Shown here: in pieces, positions 35,760 to 49,499 of the stretch
Layout: each line of letters begins with the position of its first letter
How positions within the stretch are numbered: the first letter of the stretch is position 1
Source: Azolla caroliniana
Taxonomy: Eukaryota; Plantae; Polypodiophyta
Length of the DNA stretch: 64,000 bases
NCBI GenBank assembly: GCA_043228905.1
Contig: JBHGNT010000004.1
Span: 19,778,001-19,842,000 of the forward strand
Reading direction: 5' to 3'
The notes under the pieces: model-generated
Seen by the model: only the letters and a program-made list of their open reading frames with translations
Told to the model about the DNA's origin: nothing
Database searches by the model: none
Translations under genes and position numbers: made by a program

Positions 35760-38700
35760 TATTGAGAGACAAGCTCAACATTTGTGCGTAATACGATGCG
35801 TAACCCAATGCGTAGACTGGGTGTGTAAATCGGTATGCATAACATGGCCGTATCAGTGCATAAACTGCGAGGCCGTTGGGAAGATATTCCTCGTAAGGAA
35901 TAATTTTGGGAGTTAGTGTAGTAGGCTCATTTATGAGTGGTCAAGTATTGTTAGTACTTGTGTCAGCCCTATTGTCAGGGCTTGTATAAAAGGTGCTCAT
36001 TGAGCACGGTGTATGTACAGATTGAGTATTATTTTTTAATTGAGTTTTCAGTGTGTTCTCTCTTTGTGTGTCTCCCGCATACTGTGTATATTCAAGCTCT
36101 CCATTAAACCTACGTATTTTCTGTGTTCAGTTTTCTATTGCTTCCACACATAATCTTTTTAATGGTATCAGAGCGTGATGGTTGAGAACCTCTGCAGCTG
36201 ACATAGCTTGAAAAGAAAACTAACCAAGAAGAACAGGAAAAACAAAATGGGTAGAGGCAATGGCTAGCTCGCTTCCTACCGAGAAGCTCGATAGAAACAA
36301 CTACGCGTCTTGGTCCTACAAGATGCACCAGTACCTCCTCGGGCACAGTTACTAAAGCTATGTCGACAGAGCAAATGACACAACACCCGAATCGACATAC
36401 AGAGATTTCCCAACGTGGGAACAGTCGGCGAGCAGAGTACTATGCTGCTTTGCGTCTTGTGTGGGCGAACAACTCTTGAGCTATATTCGGGATGCGAAAA
36501 CACTAAAGGATGCTTGGGGAAATCTGAAGAAGATCTTTGCCGCAAGCACCACAGCTAGGAAGCTTCAACTCTGACAGGAGCTGAGCAATTTACGACAACA
36601 CAACTTATCGGTGGCTGATTACACCTCGAAGATCAAAGAGATATGCGACTCCTTAGCCTCTATCGATGTGAACGTCGAGGAAGGCGAGATGGTGCAAATC
36701 TATCTCAAGGGACCGGCGTTGAAGTTCGAAGCGTTCCGAACTGTTGTGTGTACACGGAAGAATACGGCGTCATTTTTCGACCTACAGTCAATGCTCCTTA
36801 TAGAGGAGAACCACGCAGGTGTGTCGACAAGCACGCATGCCGACAACAAGATGTTATACACGGAGGGAGATAGCCCCGTGGTCGTGGCGAACGTGACGAG
36901 ACACGAAGCAAACTCGATGAAGCAGAGATGGGAGGATGTTTATCCTCGGCTCTAATGACGGTGGCATTGCAATGTTAAGCAAAGGACAAAAAGTCAAGTC
37001 CGATATCGAGTTATGGCACAAGCGGATAGGTCACGTCATCTATCAACGTCATCTATCGAAACAAGTGGTGTTCGGATTGCCCAAATTTAGTGGCCGGAAG
37101 GCACAAATTTGTGAAGCTTGCCAGCTAGGGAAGCAACATCAACTTCCTTTCCCCAACGAGCGTAACCGGAGCCAAAACAAGCTCGACTTGATACATTCCG
37201 ATGTATGGGGACCGGCACAGAACATTCATCTTGGCGGGAGTCGATATTTTGTCTCCTTCATCGACGACTATACGCGGCACACGTGGATCTACCTCATCGA
37301 GAAGAAGAGTGAAGTCGTCGACTGTTTCCGGGACCTCAAAGGGTTCATGGAAACGGAAACAGGACAAAAGATCAAGTGCTTGCGGTCGGATGGCGGAAAA
37401 GAGTACTTTTCCGGTCAATTCAACGGCTATCTGCAACATATGGGAATTCGGCGCGAATGCAGTTGTAGATACACGTCGAAGCAAAATGGCGTGGCCGAGA
37501 GGAATAACTGGTCAATTGTAGAAGCGGCACAGGCAATGCTAGAGGAGAAGAGCTTGCCCAAGTTCTATTGGGCCGAGGCGGTACGAACCGCGGTGTACAT
37601 TCAGAATCGGATCGGAGAAAAAGTGTCGGCGCATGAGCTGTATTTCGGAAGGAAGCCGAATCTGCAACACTTCAGAGTTTTCGGTAGCATTGCGTATGTG
37701 CATGTGCCGAAGGAGAAACGGAGGAAGTTAGACGCGAAAGTTGAGAAGTGTATCTTGGTTGGCTATTCGGATGAGCAGAAGGGTTATAAGTGTTATAACC
37801 CTTGCATCAAACAAGAGCGCGTGAGCCGCGACGTTGTGTTTGACGAGTCCGTGTCCTGGTACTTGCCTCCGACTCCACACCTCACCTCTAATCCAAGTTC
37901 TGACGATGAGGTCAACGAGGCCGAGATGGCTACAGATGAGCCTGAAATCGGGACCCGCTAAGAGAGTCTGATTCCGTTTCGGTTAAGCGGACCGGATGGA
38001 CAATTGAGTCAGTTCGACCAGTCTGATGAAGAGCCGACGAGTAGTGGAGACTCGGCCATGCTTTCCCTGTGCAGGAAGCCAAGGAGACGGCCTATGCACA
38101 AGGAAAAAGGGAAGAACAAGGTGTCAGATTACGGCATGGATAGGAACGAGTCGGATCGACGTGAGTCCGACTCCGAGGGATGTCATGATGGGTCTTCAAG
38201 AGCGAAGTCCGCGTCAGCTAAGATAGCCTCAACATCGGCTAAGGAGCAATTGCGCTGATCTACCCACCAGAAGAACCCTGCTGTGAGGTTCGGATACAAT
38301 GAGTACATGGCACATCACTATGCGTACATGACCCGTGTAGCGGAAGTGCGCAGAAGCGGCGAAGGACGCAAATTGGCGCGCCACAATGGAGGATGAGATG
38401 CGCGCATTAGCGGAGAATGAAACCTGGGACCTGGTTGATGCACCAAAATGTGTGAAGCCGATCGGATGTAGGTGGGTGTACAAGGTCAAGTACAACACTA
38501 ACGGCTCGGTCAATAGATACAAGGCCCGGTTAGTAGCGAAAGGCTACGCGTAGAAACAAAGGATTGACTACGATGAGATGTTTGTTGCGGTTGTGAAGAT
38601 GACGACCGTTCGTTTTTTGCTCGCGATAGCTGCAGCAAAGGGGTGGCACTTACATCAGATGGATGTAAAGAATGCGTTCCTGCAAGGTGAGCTTGAGGAA

Positions 38701-40774
38701 CAGGTGTACATGGTACAGCCCCCCGGATTTCACTCCGAAACGAACACTTCGGTGGTGTGCCGATTGAAGAAGTTCCTTTACGGACTAAAGCAAGCCCCGT
38801 GTGCCTAGAACACGAAGATCAAGCAACGATTGCGCCGGTTGGGCATTGCGACCTCAAAATCGGACTCCTCACTATTAGCATTTTACTTTATGTTGATGAC
38901 TTGGTCATCACCGACGCCGACCTAGGTGAGATTGACTGCGTGAAGCTCTAGCTTGCGGCATCATTTGACATGAAGGATTTGAGGAACCTTCATTACTTCC
39001 TCGGGATCGAAGTGATCCGCACCCCCGAAGGCATATTGATCAGCCAACGACATTACGTGCTGAGTATGCTCTTCAAATTCAGGATGGTCGACTGTAAGTT
39101 CATCTCGACTCCTCTGGATAGAACCGTTAAGCTTCGCCCCAATTCCGGAAGGTATGCGACCCGACGAGGTTCCGACAGATAGTTGGAAGCCTTATATACT
39201 TGACCATCACCCGACCAGGTCTCAGCTACCCGGTCGGGGTGATTAGTCAGTTCACGGTGCGACCAACCGAGGAGCACCTTCAGTGCACACAACGCGTACT
39301 CTGATACGTCCATGGCACTAAGGACCGGGGGCTACTATTCGGAGCGATACTGTCGCGTAGTTGGTCGGTTACACTGATGTTGATTGGGCCGGAAACGTCG
39401 GCGATCGCCGATCCACGTCCGGTTTCGCATTCTCTCTTGGGAGTGCCGCAATCGCGTGGAGTAGCAAGAAGCAACCGACAGTTGCGCTGTCGAGCACCGA
39501 AGCCGAGTATAGAGGAGTGGTTGTCGAGACATCCGAAGCCATATGGTTGAAGCGGCTACTAAAGGATCTGCAGGTGGAGGTATCCGATCCAATGACAATC
39601 TACTATGACAACCTCAGTAGCATCCAGCTAGCTAAGAACCTCGTCTTCCACGCCCGGACTAAACACATTGAGCTGCACTACCATTTCATCTGTGAGCGTG
39701 TCCTCTCCGGTGAAGTCGCACTTCAGTATGTTCCGACGAATCGGCAGAACACCGACATCTTCACCAAGTCTCTTGGTCTGGACAAGTTGCGGCAATTCTC
39801 GGGTGCGCTTGGGTTGCGTCATCTTGACGTGCTGAACTTGAGGGGGAGAAACGTCCATGATGACCACTGAAGGGAGCAAGAAAGGAGCGGAAAAGACCGT
39901 GACGCCGAGTCGGATGACGAATTCAATTTCGGATCGACTGAAGAAGCCGAGGGCAGATCCGCGGAAGAGTCCGAAAGCGGACATAAGGGGAGCAGTCAAA
40001 AGAAAGAGCCGAAGCCAACCAAGCGTGGGGGAGATGAAGCCATCAAGGGTGAGAAGACCGAAGACGAGTTGGAGACAGCCAACTCGGACGAGAGCGAAAA
40101 CCGATCAGAGGAAGCCGAGTCGGTTCGGATGTTTGATTCGGATACGCTGAATCAACCAAGGGCCAAGCGGAAGAGAAGGCAGCAAAAGAGGCGCCAACAC
40201 TGCAATAGCAAGGAAGCTGAGAAGGGCCATGTAAGCAGACAAGTCGACCGGAAGGGTCGAGGCGCGCGGAATCGAACGGGTCGAGGAGCGCGAGAGAGGC
40301 GTGAAGTGAAAAGGAATCGAAGCGTAGATCCGGCGGAGCAGGTGGAACCTCAAGTTGAGCTTGAGGGGGAGTGTTGAGAGACAAGCTCAACATTTGTGCG
40401 TAATACGATGCGTAACCTAGTGCATAGATTGGGTGCGTAAATCGGTACGCATAACATGGCCGTATCGGTGTGTAAACCATGAGGCCATTGGGAAGATATT
40501 CCTCGTAAGGAATAATTTTGGGAGTTAGTGTAGTAGGCTCATTTATGAGTGGTCAAGTACTGTCAGTACTTGTGTCAGCCCTATTGTCAGGGCTTGTATA
40601 AAAGGTGCTCCCTGAGCACGGTGTATGTACAGATTGAATATTATTTTTTAATTGAGTTTTCAATGTGTTCTCTCTCTGTGTGTCTCCCGTGTACTGTGTA
40701 TATTCAAGCTCTCCATTAAACTTGTGTATTTTCTGTGTTCGGTTTTCTATTACTTCCGCACATAATCTTTTTCA
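35760..40774 (+). mobile_element. Full-length Ty1/Copia family B (LTRs 35760-36162 and 40372-40774) with an internal deletion of knuckle/protease
   Basis: LTRs of about 403 bp, TSD ATTTC/ATTTA, PBS-Met at 36163 and PPT GAGGGGGAG before 40372. Integrase ORF 36936-37961 and RNaseH ORF 39361-39870. Compared with the copy at 20176-20760, the CCHC and DSG motifs are missing. Confidence 0.95.
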
Positions 40775-40944
40775 ATTTATAAATCACGAAAATAGTGGAT
40801 TTTAAACCTTTTTCATAGTATATTTGAACATGTATGATACTGGTATCAATGTGTTTTGTAAAATCATTGAAAAAATACTAAAATCAATCAAAGTATTCCT
40901 TATCCTTCCATTTATGCGTGATCCTTCCACTTGTGAACGCGAAT

Positions 40945-41030
40945 GTGTTAACCACATGCTCAGCTAAATTCAAGAAGCCGAGACACCAAAGGAGGGGCAG
41001 GAGAATCTACGAAAGATTTTTGCCGCCAAT
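40945..41030 (+). mobile_element. Short Copia gag fragment
   Basis: Translates as HMLS*IQEAETPKEGQENLRKIFAA, homologous to QLLSYIRDAKTPKDAWGNLKKIF of family B. Confidence 0.55.
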
Positions 41031-42438
41031 TGACTAGCTAACTCTTAAGTCAACTATCTAGTCGGCCTTGTCTTCGACCGTTCAGTAAGCCTGACTAGTC
41101 GGTCATGTCCTCGACTTGGACTCGCCCTCACTGTTGACTCCCATAGTTGACTCTCCATGCTACCTCTCACCATGTTGACTTTCTTAGTCGGCTCTCTCAT
41201 GTCTTCAACTATGAGCTCTTAGCCCGACCACTCGACTACTCCTTGTCTTCGACTGTTGCTGCTTGCCAGCTAAATAGTCAGCTCCTCCCACAAGAGGGAC
41301 ATATTCCTAACAAATTACCCCTTCACTCATGTTGGTGGAGTTAGTTAGTCCTGTCCTCTATCGATAGATTCTAAGTCTGTCCAGCAGTAGGTTCTTCGTC
41401 AGCATGTCGGATCCATTCTCGTCAGTATGGATCTTCACCAAGGTAAAATCCCCTTCTTCCACTTTCTCCCGTAGCCAGTGATACCTCATATGTATATGTC
41501 TGGTCAGGGAGTGGTATAGAACATTCTTGGCTAGATATATGACACTTTGGCTGTTGCAATGAAACAAGAACTCCCTTTGTTTCATTCCCAACTCATTGAG
41601 AAAATTTCTCATCCAGATAAGCTCTTTGTGGGCCTCTACCACTACCATATACTCTACCTCAATGGTCGATAAAGCTACACACTTCTACAGTTGTGACTGC
41701 CACGACACTGCTCCTCCTGCATAGGTCATCACGTACCCTTATGTGGATCATTGGAGTCTGCATCCCCCAACATGTCTGAATCGGTATAACCTTCGAGCAT
41801 AGGTTTCCCGACACCATACCTAAGGCATACCCTCGAGGTGCCTTTCAAGTACCTGAGTATCCATTTGACGGTTGCACGGTGTTCTCGTCTTGGATTACTC
41901 ATATATCGGCTTACTACCCCCACAACAAATGTTTTGTCTGGTCTCGTATAGACCATAACATACATTAAATTGTTGATGGTTGAGACATATAGTACTTTTG
42001 TCATCTCAGCCTTGTCTTTCTTGGTCTTGGGGCATTGTTTTGCATTCAGCTTGCAATTCATCGGCAACGCAAAGCCGACCAGCTTCGCTTCCAGCATGTT
42101 GATTCTTTCCAAGATACTTGTCACATACTTCTCTTGTGACAACCAAAACAGATTCTTGTTTCTGTCCCGAACTATGTGCATCCCTAAAATCTGTTTTGTC
42201 GATCCAAGATCTTTCATGGCAAACGACTTGCCTAAAGCTTTCTTCAAGCTCACAATCCTCTTCGTGTCTTGTTCGACTATCAACATGTCATCCACATATA
42301 AAAAGAGAATCAAGAAGTCACCTTCATCGTACCTTTTGACGAACACATAGTTATCAACCTATGTTTACTTGAACCTATGTTCCAGCATGAAGGACTTGAA
42401 CTTCTTCTACCATTGGCGCGGAGCTTGTTTCAAACCGT
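41030..42438 (-). mobile_element. Ty1/Copia (Tnt1/Tork-like) RT-RNaseH fragment with PPT and truncated 3' LTR
   Basis: LYVDDML, YTDSD and KIHTDENGSDMLTK motifs. A purine tract is followed by TGTTAGGAA running leftwards from 41312. Confidence 0.85.
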
Positions 42439-43213
42439 TGTCATGAAGATTCCGGGTCATGGTGAGAAACCGGGGAATATTGGAAGAATCAATGGAGTGT
42501 ATCATGTGCACTTACCCTTGTAAAAACGTGTGAATAACAGGGGTGTCTTTATGGTGCCAAGTAGGAGTTAATTTGGGACAGAATCCCATGTAAGTCGGGA
42601 TTTATCCCACATAGTCACGCGACCCTCACCTTGTTCTATAAAAGGGAGGGCGCGCCCCTTGTAAAAGGGTTCTACTTCGTGGGTTCCATTTTGGTGTTAA
42701 TAAACTTCTGTATGTGTGTGTGTTTCGGGTAAGCGTAGGATGTGCTGCATGTGTCGTGGAATCTCAAACTGATTCTGGTACCCAGAGCTCACGTCCCAAA
42801 GTTGATGGAGCTGCTGAAACAGAAAGTAGAGATGGGCATCCTCGAGCCGTCGAGTTCCTTGTATTCGAATCGGTGGTTCACCATGCCGAAAAAGAACGGC
42901 ACGCTGCGCTTCATACAGGGCCTAAAGCCGGTCAACAAGGTGACCATTCTAAACACAGGTATCGGACCGACAATCGACAATTTCACGGAGGCCTTCGCCG
43001 GAAGGTCAATCTATTCGGTCGGTGATCTATATTAGGGGTATGACCAGTTCCAACTAGCTGTAGAGAGCAGGAATATCATGACGATGCAGACTCCTCTCGA
43101 CCTAGTGCGGATATGTACCTTGCCACAAGGAGGGACCAACTCGGTGGCGCACATGGTGAATGCAATGAAGAAGGTGCTAAGGGACTGCATCTCGGACATC
43201 CAACTATTCGATT
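42439..43213 (+). mobile_element. Truncated Phygy-like LTR fused to an RT fragment
   Basis: TGTCATGAAG..CCCATGTAAGTCGGGATTTATCCCACA..CTTGTTCTATAAAAGG is homologous to the LTR at 9187. It is followed by PRAHVPKLMELLKQKVEMGILEP..YSNRWFTMPKKNG, homologous to the pol at 18921-19440. Confidence 0.85.
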
Positions 43214-46200
43214 TGTAAAGAATCAGATATGATTCTTGTGTAGCAGAAGAGACATTGTGTGCTATGTGTGAGAGAAAAGAGAGAAGAGAAGGGAAACACA
43301 AGATAGATAAGCTAGAGAAATGAAATACTCAAGAAGAAGAAGATGTATATTCACAAATACAAAATGTAGCATTACAAGGAGTCACAACCAACTTAGTATG
43401 AAGTAGGAGGAGGGTGCTTTATACAATCACCCTCTCTCTTCATTAACTAACTACAAAAACCACTCTCTTGGGGAATGTGGAGACCCATTAGTCATGGGGA
43501 ATATGAAACTCATTAGTTATGTGTCATAGAATATGATTACTATGACACATAGTTAATGTGTAGAGAGTAGTGGTGTGACTGTTGACCTTTGAGTAATCAT
43601 AGATTCTCAAAAGTTGTGTTCACACGTTGCACAATGTTGAGCTTGATTTGATTCTCAACATGCCCCCTCAAGCTCAACTCGGGTTGGTTCCTTTCGATTG
43701 GTGTCCAGTTCGGCTGGTGTCCGGTTTGCTCTCGTACTACCCTCAAGCTTGGCAAGTCAGGGATCGTCAATCCAAGGTCTAACATGAATTGCCGAAGATT
43801 GTTGGCTGCTAGGGTTTTGGTGAAGATGTTGGCCATTTTAAGATTCATGTTGATGTGTTGAAGGTCAACATCTCTAGCCTGCATGCACTCTCGAATGAAC
43901 TGCTAGTGTACTTTGATATGCTTTGTGTGTGCATGGAACACCGGGTTCCGAGCCAGATAAATACTGCTCATGTTGTCGCAGTAGAGGGGAGTTCGATCCT
44001 TGATGGGAACACCCAAATCTGTCAAAATCCTTTTGAGCTATACGGCTTCACATGCAACTCGGGCGGCGCCCCTGTATTCGGCCTCCGTACTCGAAAGAGA
44101 GACGGTGGGTTGCTTCTTACTACTCCGAGATATTGCTCCGCTACTAAGCAAGCAGACAAATCTGGAGGTCGATCATCGATCGGCTTTGTAGCCGGCCCAA
44201 TCGGCATCCGTGTACCCTTTGAGTCGAATTGTTGTGGCCGATGCATAGAGAATTCCATAATTCATTGTGCCGCTCACGTATTGTAATACTCGCTTAGCGC
44301 AATCAAAATGGATATCTCGCGGAGTTTGCATGAATTGGCTAAGGAGTCCGGCTGGATAGCTAAGGTCGGGTCGAGTGATCGTGAGATAGATGAGGCTCCT
44401 GATCAATTGACGATATTGAGTCGGCTTGCACTCATTTGTGCCGGAGTCGGCATCTAGTTTGAGGTTTCGATCGAGAGGGGTTGCCATAGATTGGCACTCT
44501 GTCATCCTGAACTTGTATAACAAGTTGAGAATGTAGTGCCGTTGAGAGATCATAATGCCGGTCGGAATCCGAATTACTTTGATTCCTAGGAAGTAATGAA
44601 GCTCCTTCATGTCCGTCATCTTGAATTTGTTGGAGAGGAGGGACTTCACCTTGTTGATGTCAACGAAATGACGGGAACGTAAACGCTCGTTATGCACAAC
44701 GCTCAGCCACAACTGAGCTTAGAATCATACACAGAAAACGGGAAAGGTGAAGACACAACACAAAGGAGAGAAAAGTACACAGGATGTTTACGTGGAAAAC
44801 CCAAACTAAGGGAAAAACCATGGCAGCCCACAGGCTGCAAACTATCACTATGTTAGAATGTACAATAGTGAGTTCACGGAGGCAATGACCTCATGCTCAC
44901 GATCTTCGCCACAGGCGGCGGTTACAACAGAGGCAATGACCTCTTCCTCTCTCTCTCACTCTCTGTACACTATTACACACACTCTCTTATTACACCAACA
45001 AGAAAAATGACAACAACCACTAAAAGTTTGCCCTAAGTCATATTTATACTAATATGACTTTTTGGCTATTTACAAATATAGCCATGATGGACTCTCAGAA
45101 ACATATTTACGAATATGTCTCTTCATCCGGTGAGCACTTCTCACCAGGTCTGCACCATCCGGCTCTCCATAGCCGGGTACTCCTCATCCGGTTCTCACCG
45201 GGTCTACACCATCCGGCTCTCCGTAGCCGGGTACTCCTCATCCGGTCTTCACCGGGTCTGCACCATCCGGCTCTCCGTAGCCGGGTACTCCTCATCCGGT
45301 CTTCACCGGGTCTGCACTATCCGGCTCTCCGTAGCCAGGTACTCATCATTCGGTTGCGGAGGGACTTGTCTCCCAACACGAAATGCTCACCTCCAATAAC
45401 CAGATCATCCATGTATAAGATGATGACAATCGACCTTCTAGAGTCATTTCGTACGTAGAGGGAGTTGTCGGATTTCAACATTTGAAATCCGATTTGATGA
45501 AGATATTACGTAATTTTCGAATGCCAAGCACGCGGTGCTTGCTTGAGGCCGTAGAGTGGCTTCTTGAGTCGGGACACAACTTTCAGATGAGTACACAATT
45601 CGAAACCAGGTGGTTGTACCATGTATACTTCCTCTTCTAATTCGCCTTGAAGAAAGGCGTTCTTGATGTCCATCTGGTGGAGGTGCCACTCTTTTTCCGC
45701 TGAGAGTGCGATCATAGTCCACATAGTCGTCATCTTTGCCACCGAGGCAAATGTCTCTACGTAGTCAACTCCATGTGTCTATACGTATCCTTTTGCTACG
45801 AATCAAGCTTTGTAGCGGTTTACGAAGCCGTTAGTGTTATACTTCACCTTCTTGTGCGGTGAGTGGGGGACAAGATCCCATGTCTTGTTTTTGGAGATTT
45901 CTTGCATCTCCTCATTCATCGCTTCAACCCATCTAGGGCCCTTCGTGGCTTCGGAAAACGTTTCCGACTCCCGTACTATCACTATCTTCATCATAAAAGC
46001 GTAATGGTACGCCATATACTCATTCTAGCCGAATCGGCTTACGAGGTTCTTTTCATGGGTGGATCGGCGGAGCTTCACATTTGCGGATACTAAGGCTTTC
46101 TTTGCTCTATTTGTCCAGATGTCAAGGCCTTCAAACTCACTATCGACGGAGTGAGTCGATTCGTTGCCGTCGAAGTGATCATCTTCATACTCCAGCATTT

Positions 46201-47776
46201 TCTCCTTCCCTTTGTCCAGATTCGGACTCGGCTGAGATATGCTTTGATCGCTCGGAGGCTCTTGTGGCCCACTAAGCCTTGTCGTAATCGGGCTTTCTTC
46301 AAACATGCACGTGAGCCGATCTTCGGTTTCTATCTTTATTTTGGCGGATTCCGGGTCGGACGGAATCAGAGTCGAAGTTGGCTTTGGTGTGTACCAAGAT
46401 GCGGGCTTGTCGAAAACGACGTCTCGACTTACTCGACCCTTCTGAGTAGAGGGGTTATAGCACTTGTACTGCTTTTGCTCCAGTGAGTATCCTACGAGGA
46501 TACATTTCTCTGACTTCAGATCAAGATTTTGTCGCTTCTCGTCGGGGATGTGCACGTATGCAATGGGTATGCAATGGAGCCGAATATCCGAGCATGTGAT
46601 AGATCCGGCGTCTTCCCAAAAAACTTGTCATGTGGAGTAAGTTCGTGCCAACCGGATGTCATACACTGATTCATGAGGTATATGGCCATGTTAGCGGCTT
46701 CTGCCCAATATGATTTCAATAGATGCTTTTGGTTCATCATGGCCCGTGCTACTTCGAGGATGTGTCGATTCTTTCATTTAGCTACACCATTTTGCTGAGG
46801 TGTGTGTTAGCACGAGACTTCCTGTCGGATTCCTTCCTTTCAGAGATACGCCGTAAACTCATCCGAGAAATATTCCTTGCCTCCATCCAATCGAAGGCCG
46901 CATACATGTCGGCCCGTAGCTTTTTCGACTTCATTTTTGAACCGATGGAAGTGGCCGAACACTTTGTTGTTCTGTTTCATCGGATAGATCCAGGTATGCA
47001 TGGAGAAGTCATCGATGAATGTTATGTAGTATCGACATCCGCCGAATGTGGCCGTTTTAGCTGGTCCCCATACATCGGAATGGATTACGTCGAGTATGCC
47101 TTTGCTCACATTCCGCTCCTTTGGACATGGGTGCCAATGTTGCTTGCCGAATTGGCAAGCGGCACACACGCCTTCAATCTCTTTCTTTATGAATGTCGGG
47201 AGCTCGATGATGACTCATTTTGATTGCATCGCCTTAAGCTTTTGAAAGTTGATATGGCCAATCCGCTTGTGCCATAACTCTATGTCGGAGTCGGCTTTCG
47301 TGCCTTTTGCGAACATGGCCGATTTCAACTCGTGTGAGTCGAGAATGAACATTCAGCCCTCTCTTCATCCGCGAGTGATGAGTCAACCCTCTTTTTCAAT
47401 GAAGTAACCGCCTTGATTAAATCATACTTGCATCCCTTGCTCAACAATTTGGCCGACGGAGACCAAATTCTTTGTAATGGTTGGTAAATGCAAGACATTC
47501 TTAATAAAAGTTTGGTTATCTTCTTGGCGGAATGGGAAATTGCCGATGTGTTGAATCGGATGCATAGTGTCGTCTCCGGTTTCGACATAGCTGGTCGGTC
47601 TGGCTCTCGAAGTTCTCGAAACCATTAGACTTGATGAGAGGTCATATGGTTTGAGGTACCGGAGTCGATGAACCATACGTCTTCCGGACTAGATGCACTA
47701 TTCGAAGTAGAAGCCGACATAGAATTTGCTCTATGTCTCATCACGAACATTCCATGATGATTTTCATAGTCGGAGT
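43214..47776 (-). mobile_element. Ty1/Copia family A (protease-integrase-RT-RNaseH-3' LTR 43214-43660), 5' end missing
   Basis: Same family as 7053-9186. WFIDSGTSNHM protease (about 47640-47680), CAACQFGKQH..HSDVWGP integrase and RT motifs. Confidence 0.9.
44669..45378 (-). mobile_element. Solo LTR (710 bp) inserted in the RT of Copia A, containing a 54-bp tandem repeat x4
   Basis: TG...CA ends, perfect TSD CGAAA (44664-44668 / 45379-45383), and the host RT sequence is contiguous across it. The repeat TCACCGGGTCTGCACCATCCGGCTCTCCGTAGCCGGGTACTCCTCATCCGGTCT lies at about 45138-45353. Confidence 0.9.
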
Positions 47777-48880
47777 TGTTAAGGATCTATGTATCGATGG
47801 AGTAAGCTCCTCGATGTCGTGGCGGGATTCGGACTGGCGTATACCCTCTTGATGGTGAATCAGGCGGAGATGGTTGTCGGATACCTCCGAGCCTCACACT
47901 CACTCAACGATTAGTAAATGATTAAGCACGATATCTCTCTCACTCTCTCAAGATTTCTCTCGTAGACAATAGATCAATAGATATAGACAATAAGAAGCAA
48001 GAGTATGTCTATTATTAACCCTCTTTGCTAAGAGGTCTAGCACCAACAAGGAGAGAGATTAGTGTTCTCTAACTCAACACTTCACTAATCTCTCTTAAGC
48101 TCAAAGGTTACAAGAAAGAGGAGAGGAAGCTCTAGCTCTAATCAATAGGAGATCTTTACAAATGGGAGAGCCCTCACAAAGCCACTACTATGTGGTTTAT
48201 ATAGCTTTCACGTTTAGGGTATGGGCCTTTCACATTTGGCCGTCTCTTTGCTTTCCTTTACTCTTTCCGTTTCCTCTTCGTACTACTTCCTTGTTGATGC
48301 GTTCTTATTCGTGACTGGTTGTGTTGTTATCCCAACGCTTAACAGGAGTTGGTGGCGTAATTGGTTAGTTCTCAGCTTGTGGAAGCCGACTCATGTATCT
48401 TCTTACGGCACTCTTCTTCATGGTGACCGATTTTCCGCAATATCTGCATTCAACCAAGTTTTGTCGGCTTGGACCGGAATGGAAGCTCCCCCTTCTTCCG
48501 AAGGTTCCTCAATGGATTCCATCTTGATGCCGAAATTACAAGTTGTTTTCGTAAGTCCGGCCTCGTTCACCTCGTCCTTGGCCAAATTGGCCTCTTCTTG
48601 CACGACCGCATCCTCTTCCTCCATTCGAGTGTGAATACCCTTAAACCTCTTAACGCTTCCAATGTCTTCCCTTTCATGATTACATTCAACCATCACATTA
48701 CTCTTTTTATGATCAATTGTTTCCATATCGATGTCCATTATTCTTGATGTAATTTCAATACGGGATAAAACCAATTTTCCATGAACAAGAGAGACAACCA
48801 AAACTCATCCAATTGAAGAGGTCGAAGATGATGAAGATAGTAGAAGACCCGCAATGTGTGTTGAGTATGTGGATGTCGAC
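47777..48880. mobile_element. Probable LTR or retroelement fragment of unknown family
   Basis: An abrupt TGTTAAGG junction truncates Copia A. AG/CT-rich LTR-like composition with TTTATATAG at about 48197, followed by degenerate coding-like sequence. No TSD found. Confidence 0.4.
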
Positions 48881-49074
48881 AACACTATATTCCTTATTTC
48901 TAACGCTATTTCTTGTAGGGACCACAAAATTTAACTTGCTATATGTCCTTACGAAGCTCTAATCGAGAGCTTTATAACGCTTCTTCTTTGTGTCTAATTT
49001 CGTTGCTGATATTGAACGCAACAATAAAAACAAATTTGTTTCTTCTTCTTCCCCTCTCCACTCTTGCTTTTTTT

Positions 49075-49078
<4 letters not shown>

Positions 49079-49114
<36 letters not shown>
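49079..49114. repeat. (TC)n microsatellite
   Basis: Direct observation. Confidence 0.9.
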
Positions 49115-49116
<2 letters not shown>

Positions 49117-49499
49117 ATGGCTCTCTATGATACCACCATCGCCATTGCCGTCTACTATGGCCGTCGCCATCGCCGCCACTATCACCACGTCACGCTGACT
49201 ATCGTCGTTGTTGAGTGACCATCGCTTTTGTTTGTTGTGGCCACGCATACGCGGGTTTCTCGGTAGTGTGCATTCCTACGGTGTGGGTGCTTGTACTTGG
49301 CGCGCAAGGTCTCTCTTTGGTGATTTGATTGCGAGCTCATGAAGTGAACGAGACATCCATTGATGCTCAGCTAAGTTTTTCCATCTCTTTTCGTCCATTT
49401 TTTTCTCTTTTATCTTGTGAATTACAACATGGCATCTAAACGAAATAAAGACCATAAGGAAACACACGAAGAAACAATAAGGAAGAATTTTTAGATGTC

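Noticed and set aside
40775-40945. Candidate right terminus (TIR) of the MTase-transposase unit
   Set aside because: No matching inverted copy could be found by eye near 21852 or elsewhere, so the element boundaries remain undefined.
45054-45458. ORF with 18-aa repeats
   Set aside because: Translation of the 54-bp repeat in a solo LTR.
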